Assembly: GCA_000004985.1 (NCBI GenBank)
Contig: GG739340.1
DNA from: Naegleria gruberi
Taxonomy: Eukaryota
DNA: 1,711 nucleotides
Reading direction: 5' to 3' (one strand)
The notes beneath the pieces were generated by a model. The model was not told the origin of the DNA, made no database searches, and saw only the letters and a list, made by a program, of their open reading frames with translations. Positions 1-1,711 of the stretch are shown in pieces. Position 1 is the stretch's first letter. Every line of letters starts with the position of its first letter. The position numbers were made by a program, and so were the translations under genes.

Positions 1-180
1 TGGAATAATATTTTATTAAATAATAATAATAATAATAATTTAAATGATGATATTAATATTATTTTAAATAATAATTTAAATGATGATAATAATAATGAAA
101 TTAATCAATTAAATAATAATAATATTAATATAAATAATAATAATAATATAAATAATGAATTTAATAATAATAATAATGAA
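1..180 (+). repeat. (AAT)n-rich trinucleotide low-complexity region encoding a poly-Asn/Asn-Ile-Leu-Asp tract. It includes a 15-nt direct repeat, aatttaaatgatgat, at 37-51 and 74-88.
   Basis: Perfect (AAT)6 at 22-39. Further (AAT)4-5 runs at about 112-123, 134-146 and 163-177. The sequence translates in frame 1 to NNNNNNNLNDD...NNNNNELIN. The phase is kept with the downstream channel ORF, so the tract is coding rather than a neutral microsatellite. Confidence 0.85.
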
Positions 181-1170
181 TTAATTAATATACTAAATAA
201 AGTAAGTGATAAAATAATTGGAAAAGTAAAAGATAAAATAGAAAAACCAACCTTGATACAAATATTTAAAGATTTTATAAAAATATTATCATCATTTATA
301 ATAATATTAATATTTATATTTATAGGATCATTACCAATTATGTATATTGAACAATTAAATGAAAAATCTAAAAATAATAAAATAGAAATATGGACATATT
401 TAAATAGTGTATATTACATGACAATAACATTAACTACAATTGGATATGGAGATATAACACCATCAACTTCATTTGGTAAAATATATATAGTAATATTTGC
501 TTTAATAGGATTATCTATAATGGGTTTATGGATTTCCTTTATTGGAAGTGCAGTAATGAATTCATTTGGAATTAGTATTTTTATTTTATTATTATATTTT
601 AAAAGATTTTTAAATTATTTATTTAAAAGTATAAAAAATTTAAATTTTATTTCAACATTTAATTTAATTACATCAAATGAATTAACAAATTTAGAAATGA
701 AATTATATTCATTTTTTAATAGAGGAATTACACAAATATTTAATATGATTATTATTTTAATTTTATATTTAATATTTGGTAGTATATTATTTTCATATAT
801 AGAAGAATGGACTTTTATAAATTCTTTTTATTTTACTTTTATATCACTTACTACAATTGGATATGGTGATATTACTATAAAAAGTAATTTAGGTAAAATA
901 TTTTTATGTTTTTATGTCATGTTAGGTTTAAGTTTATTAGCAATGTTATTAGGTTTTATAGGTAAATCTATTAAAGAAAGAATTATGGATAATTTATTAA
1001 AAGCACAACATGCTACTTTTATGGAAATGAAATATTCAATTGAAAATCAATCTATACAAAATGTTTTTGATAAATTTAAAAAATTACATTCAAATAGTTT
1101 AGAACATGTTAATAATATTTTATTACCTATTAAAAATAATATTTTTATTAAAAATGTAATTAATAAATAA
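1..1170 (+). CDS. Two-pore-domain (K2P/TPK-like, 4TM/2P) potassium channel subunit, 5'-partial. Asn-rich N-terminal region (nt 1-252) followed by M1-P1-M2-M3-P2-M4 and a cytoplasmic tail of about 68 aa.
   Basis: Frame 1 has no stop codon from nt 1 to the TAA at 1168-1170. Frames 2 and 3 close within the first 20 nt (taa at 17-19 and 5-7). An uninterrupted 390-codon frame in roughly 85% AT DNA is strongly non-random. Two in-frame copies of the K+ channel signature T-T-I-G-Y-G-D lie at nt 436-453 and 853-870. Each is preceded by a pore-helix-like segment (WTYLNSVYYMTITL and WTFINSFYFTFISL) and followed by a hydrophobic helix. Four hydrophobic helices can be read by eye: M1 about nt 283-348, M2 about 475-552, M3 about 739-801, M4 about 895-963. 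No in-frame ATG lies upstream of M1 within the window. The first in-frame ATG is inside M1 at residue 30 of the tracked ORF, so the true start is upstream of the window. Confidence 0.8.
   Translation, partial: WNNILLNNNNNNNLNDDINIILNNNLNDDNNNEINQLNNNNININNNNNINNEFNNNNNELINILNKVSDKIIGKVKDKIEKPTLIQIFKDFIKILSSFIIILIFIFIGSLPIMYIEQLNEKSKNNKIEIWTYLNSVYYMTITLTTIGYGDITPSTSFGKIYIVIFALIGLSIMGLWISFIGSAVMNSFGISIFILLLYFKRFLNYLFKSIKNLNFISTFNLITSNELTNLEMKLYSFFNRGITQIFNMIIILILYLIFGSILFSYIEEWTFINSFYFTFISLTTIGYGDITIKSNLGKIFLCFYVMLGLSLLAMLLGFIGKSIKERIMDNLLKAQHATFMEMKYSIENQSIQNVFDKFKKLHSNSLEHVNNILLPIKNNIFIKNVINK
391..552 (+). other. Pore domain 1: pore helix, selectivity filter TLTTIGYGD (nt 427-453) and inner helix M2.
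   Basis: In-frame codons aca att gga tat gga gat at 436-453 give TIGYGD. The flanking sequence, WTYLNSVYYMTITLTTIGYGDITPSTSFGKIYIVIFALIGLSIMGLWISFIGSAV, has the canonical K+ channel P-loop architecture, including the IGLS/GL glycine hinge in M2. Confidence 0.8.
808..963 (+). other. Pore domain 2: pore helix, selectivity filter SLTTIGYGD (nt 844-870) and inner helix M4.
   Basis: In-frame codons aca att gga tat ggt gat at 853-870 give TIGYGD. The flanking sequence is WTFINSFYFTFISLTTIGYGDITIKSNLGKIFLCFYVMLGLSLLAMLLGFIG. It aligns position by position with pore domain 1 on the pattern W-T-x-x-N-S-x-Y-x-x-x-I-x-L-T-T-I-G-Y-G-D-I-T ... G-K-I ... L-x-G-L-S ... F-I-G. Confidence 0.8.
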
Positions 1171-1237
1171 TTATTTATTTATTTTATTATTTAATTATAT
1201 ATTAAAAAAATGTTTAATTATATATTAAAAATTCTAA
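1171..1237. other. 67-bp convergent intergenic region between two stop codons, about 92% AT. It probably holds the 3'-end processing signals of both genes.
   Basis: It is bounded by the + gene's TAA at 1168-1170 and the - gene's TAA (complement of 1238-1240). All six frames close here. It is composed almost entirely of A/T. Confidence 0.6.
1191..1231. repeat. Perfect 18-bp direct repeat, ttaattatatattaaaaa, at 1191-1208 and 1214-1231, separated by the 5-nt spacer aatgt.
   Basis: Read directly from the sequence. The two copies are identical over 18 nt and lie inside the 67-bp convergent intergenic spacer. Confidence 0.9.
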
Positions 1238-1711
1238 TTAAACATCAACATTCCATGGATAATAATGTTGTAAAATATCAGTTGATTTTCTATTTGAACA
1301 AGTATCAATAACATTAAATAAATAATTACTAAAATTAGATAAATTTTGAATGAACATATCATTTAAAGAATTAACTTTTTTAGTAAAATAAACAGAATAA
1401 GTTTGTTCTAATAAGGAAGATTGTTCCCAAAAACCATTATAATAAAAATCATTTGGTAATATTTCTAAAATAGCTAATTGTTTAGGTGCAAATCTTGAAT
1501 TATAAAAAGAAGCACCATGTGGACCAAATATTAATTTAGTATTATTAAATAATTTATATAAACTTTCTAAATTTGGATATAAATTTATATTACAAATTAA
1601 TAATTCTTCATTTTTGTTTCTTTTTTTTAATTCTAATTTTATATAATTAATTAATTCATTTTCATTTTCAATTCTTCTACCTAAATTATTTATATTACTA
1701 TTTCTAGAACA
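1238..1711 (-). CDS. C-terminal 157 codons plus stop of a protein whose N-terminus lies beyond the window (5'-partial on the - strand). Tentatively a GT61/DUF563-like glycosyltransferase.
   Basis: The reverse-complement frame has no tta, cta or tca triplets on the + strand in phase from 1241 to 1711. It ends at the complement of tta at 1238-1240, which is a TAA stop. Translation: CSRNSNINNLGRRIENENELINYIKLELKKRNKNEELLICNINLYPNLESLYKLFNNTKLIFGPHGASFYNSRFAPKQLAILEILPNDFYYNGFWEQSSLLEQTYSVYFTKKVNSLNDMFIQNLSNFSNYLFNVIDTCSNRKSTDILQHYYPWNVDV*. Codon usage matches the + gene (ggt, cca, aga, tta, caa). The motif LFNNxxLIFGPHGAxxxN (nt 1499-1552) and the downstream acidic/hydrophobic ILEILP (nt 1454-1471) resemble the conserved hhhGxHGAGLTN ... 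hhEhhP core recalled for GT61 (DUF563) transferases. The family assignment is from memory and not verified. Confidence 0.65.
   Translation of the reverse strand, partial: CSRNSNINNLGRRIENENELINYIKLELKKRNKNEELLICNINLYPNLESLYKLFNNTKLIFGPHGASFYNSRFAPKQLAILEILPNDFYYNGFWEQSSLLEQTYSVYFTKKVNSLNDMFIQNLSNFSNYLFNVIDTCSNRKSTDILQHYYPWNVDV

Noticed and set aside
1-180. Regularly recurring AAT-rich blocks, checked as a possible CRISPR-like or minisatellite array.
   Set aside because: There is no constant-length repeat and spacer architecture. The blocks are in-frame trinucleotide runs encoding poly-Asn, a standard low-complexity coding feature of AT-rich protist genomes.
202-207. GTAAGT hexamer at 202-207, matching the consensus 5' splice donor of Dictyostelium introns.
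   Set aside because: The reading frame continues uninterrupted through and beyond it (K-V-S-D-K...). The nearest downstream AG, at 240-241, would give an intron of only about 40 nt, shorter than any plausible intron. It is most likely a chance occurrence.
253-255. TTG at 253 used by the ORF track as the start codon, giving MIQIFK...
   Set aside because: The start is a bacterial translation-table artefact. The genome is eukaryotic and the frame is open upstream to nt 1 with coding-like composition. TTG here encodes Leu in the middle of the N-terminal cytoplasmic region.
575-605. GTATTT...AAAAG stretch, about 92% AT, inside the channel ORF, as a possible short intron.
   Set aside because: It is 31 nt long, which is not a multiple of 3, so removing it would frameshift and destroy P2. 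The in-frame translation is a sensible hydrophobic sequence with no stops.
1162-1167. AATAAA canonical polyadenylation hexamer overlapping the last two sense codons of the + gene (the TAA stop follows at 1168-1170).
   Set aside because: In DNA that is about 90% AT this hexamer occurs by chance constantly. It cannot be called a functional poly(A) signal from sequence alone.
1-1711. Ciliate (TAA/TAG = Gln) or other alternative genetic code.
   Set aside because: About 550 sense codons across both genes contain no in-frame TAA or TAG, while Gln is encoded by CAA and CAG. Both genes end at TAA exactly where protein-like composition stops and an all-frames-closed AT-rich spacer begins.
1-1711. A prokaryotic defence, toxin-antitoxin or mobile-element system, as the task framing suggests.
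   Set aside because: Nothing in the sequence supports it. There are no Shine-Dalgarno-spaced operonic ORFs, no inverted-repeat termini, and no integrase, transposase or nuclease-like motifs. The content is two ordinary eukaryotic protein-coding genes.

Overview
The window is a eukaryotic chromosomal segment, not a prokaryotic one, and it holds no CRISPR array, mobile element, RNA gene or defence-type system. It is extremely AT-rich (about 80% AT in coding sequence, about 90% outside it). It carries (AAT)n poly-Asn coding tracts and A/T-ending codons such as tta, aga, caa, cca, aat and aaa. The + gene closes on a normal TAA stop, so the standard genetic code applies. This combination is most typical of a Dictyostelid social amoeba, with Plasmodium as a less likely alternative. 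Two convergent protein-coding genes sit 67 bp apart. (1) On the + strand, frame 1 is open from nt 1 to the TAA at 1168-1170. It encodes an Asn-rich low-complexity N-terminal segment followed by a clear two-pore-domain (4TM/2P) K+ channel with the topology M1-P1-M2-M3-P2-M4. It has two in-frame canonical K+ selectivity filters, TLTTIGYGD at nt 427-453 and SLTTIGYGD at nt 844-870. The ORF track's 253..1170 call starts at a bacterial-style TTG and underestimates the gene, whose true 5' end lies upstream of the window. (2) On the - strand, an uninterrupted 158-codon reading frame runs from the window edge at 1711 down to a TAA stop (complement of 1238-1240). The ORF track missed it because its start codon is outside the window. 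Its C-terminal sequence carries an LFNNxxLIFGxHGAxxxN ... ILEILP pattern that resembles the conserved core of GT61/DUF563-type glycosyltransferases; this is a tentative assignment. The 67-bp intergenic spacer contains a perfect 18-bp direct repeat. The most interesting item is the compact K2P-type channel, whose two pore halves are nearly identical.
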